Origin: Isurus oxyrinchus
Taxonomy: Eukaryota
Direction of reading: 5' to 3'
NCBI GenBank assembly: GCA_026770705.1
Contig: JANJGN010000035.1
Coordinates: 1,116,001 to 1,180,000, forward strand
DNA length: 64,000 nt
The notes under the pieces were generated by a model. The model did no database searches, was not told where the DNA came from, and worked only from the letters and a program-made list of their open reading frames with translations. The translations under genes were made by a program, and so were the position numbers. Shown here piece by piece: positions 63,553 through 64,000 of the stretch; the first letter of the stretch is position 1; every line of letters begins with the position of its first letter.

Positions 63553-64000
63553 TCTTCTTCTTATCGTGTCCACGGCGAGTGTATACATGGCCCAGCCAGA
63601 ACTGGACACATTTTTGCGCCTTGTTGTTGAATTCGGCAAGATTTGCAACAGTGCAGGTTCCTCTAGCGATCGCCATTGCAGGAAATGTTGCATCATCTGT
63701 GGCTCAGTTTCATACTCACAAGTAGTCGGGCTGGTTGCTTACCCCTACTGACCTCGTGACACCTTTGAACGACCTACACTAATCCCAAGTCTTTTAAGGC
63801 ACTTCCAGGTTGCCCAGTTACAATTAGGTCCTGGGGAAGGCTTTCATCCGGTAGAATTTCCATCACTGGGAGTTCTTTGAGACTGGCAAGCCGGTCTTTC
63901 CACTAGGCATTGTGGGCTTCGGATGGAGTTGATTGTAATGGAACAACACTGTTCATGAAGCTCTTCCTTGACTTTAGGCGGCTGGATGTAGGTGTATGGC
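63553..64000 (-). mobile_element. Non-LTR retrotransposon 3' end (Vingi/Ingi- or RTEX-like), runs off the window
   Basis: WATWKCLKRLGISVGRSK...TCEYETEPQMMQHFLQ...CTVANLAEFNNKAQKCVQFW (degenerate C-terminal Zn-knuckle region) with an (AAG)n tail. Confidence 0.6.

Overview
Repeat-rich vertebrate genomic DNA, very likely from a cartilaginous fish (shark/ray); this is inferred from the style of the CR1/L2/RTE/Penelope repeats, the NLR terminal exons and the GPR139-like gene. Almost all ORFs in the six-frame track are noise or repeat-derived. Real content: (1) the last two coding exons of an NLR (NACHT-LRR) gene at 1.4-2.5 kb; (2) one apparently intact tRNA-Asp(GTC) and eight decayed tRNA genes (Asp, 3x Gly, 2x Lys, Ser, Glu); (3) histone pseudogenes (two intronless H3.3-type copies, an internally deleted H3, and an H2A with its 3' stem-loop); (4) a two-exon GPR139-like GPCR pseudogene; (5) many LINE, LTR and Penelope remnants and two minisatellite families. 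The main structure is a ~10-12 kb cassette present three times in direct orientation (~4.4-14.1, ~14.1-24.9, ~46.0-58.3 kb). Each copy holds remnants of a multi-exon minus-strand gene with an N-terminal BEND5-like module and a coiled coil. Copy 1 alone also keeps an NACC-like BEN domain. The gene sits between tRNA-Asp and tRNA-Gly, with an H3.3 retrocopy antisense in one intron of two copies. All calls were made by eye with no database searches, and repeat boundaries are approximate. I see no evidence for an intact novel system; the best lead is the amplified BEN-gene/tRNA cassette.
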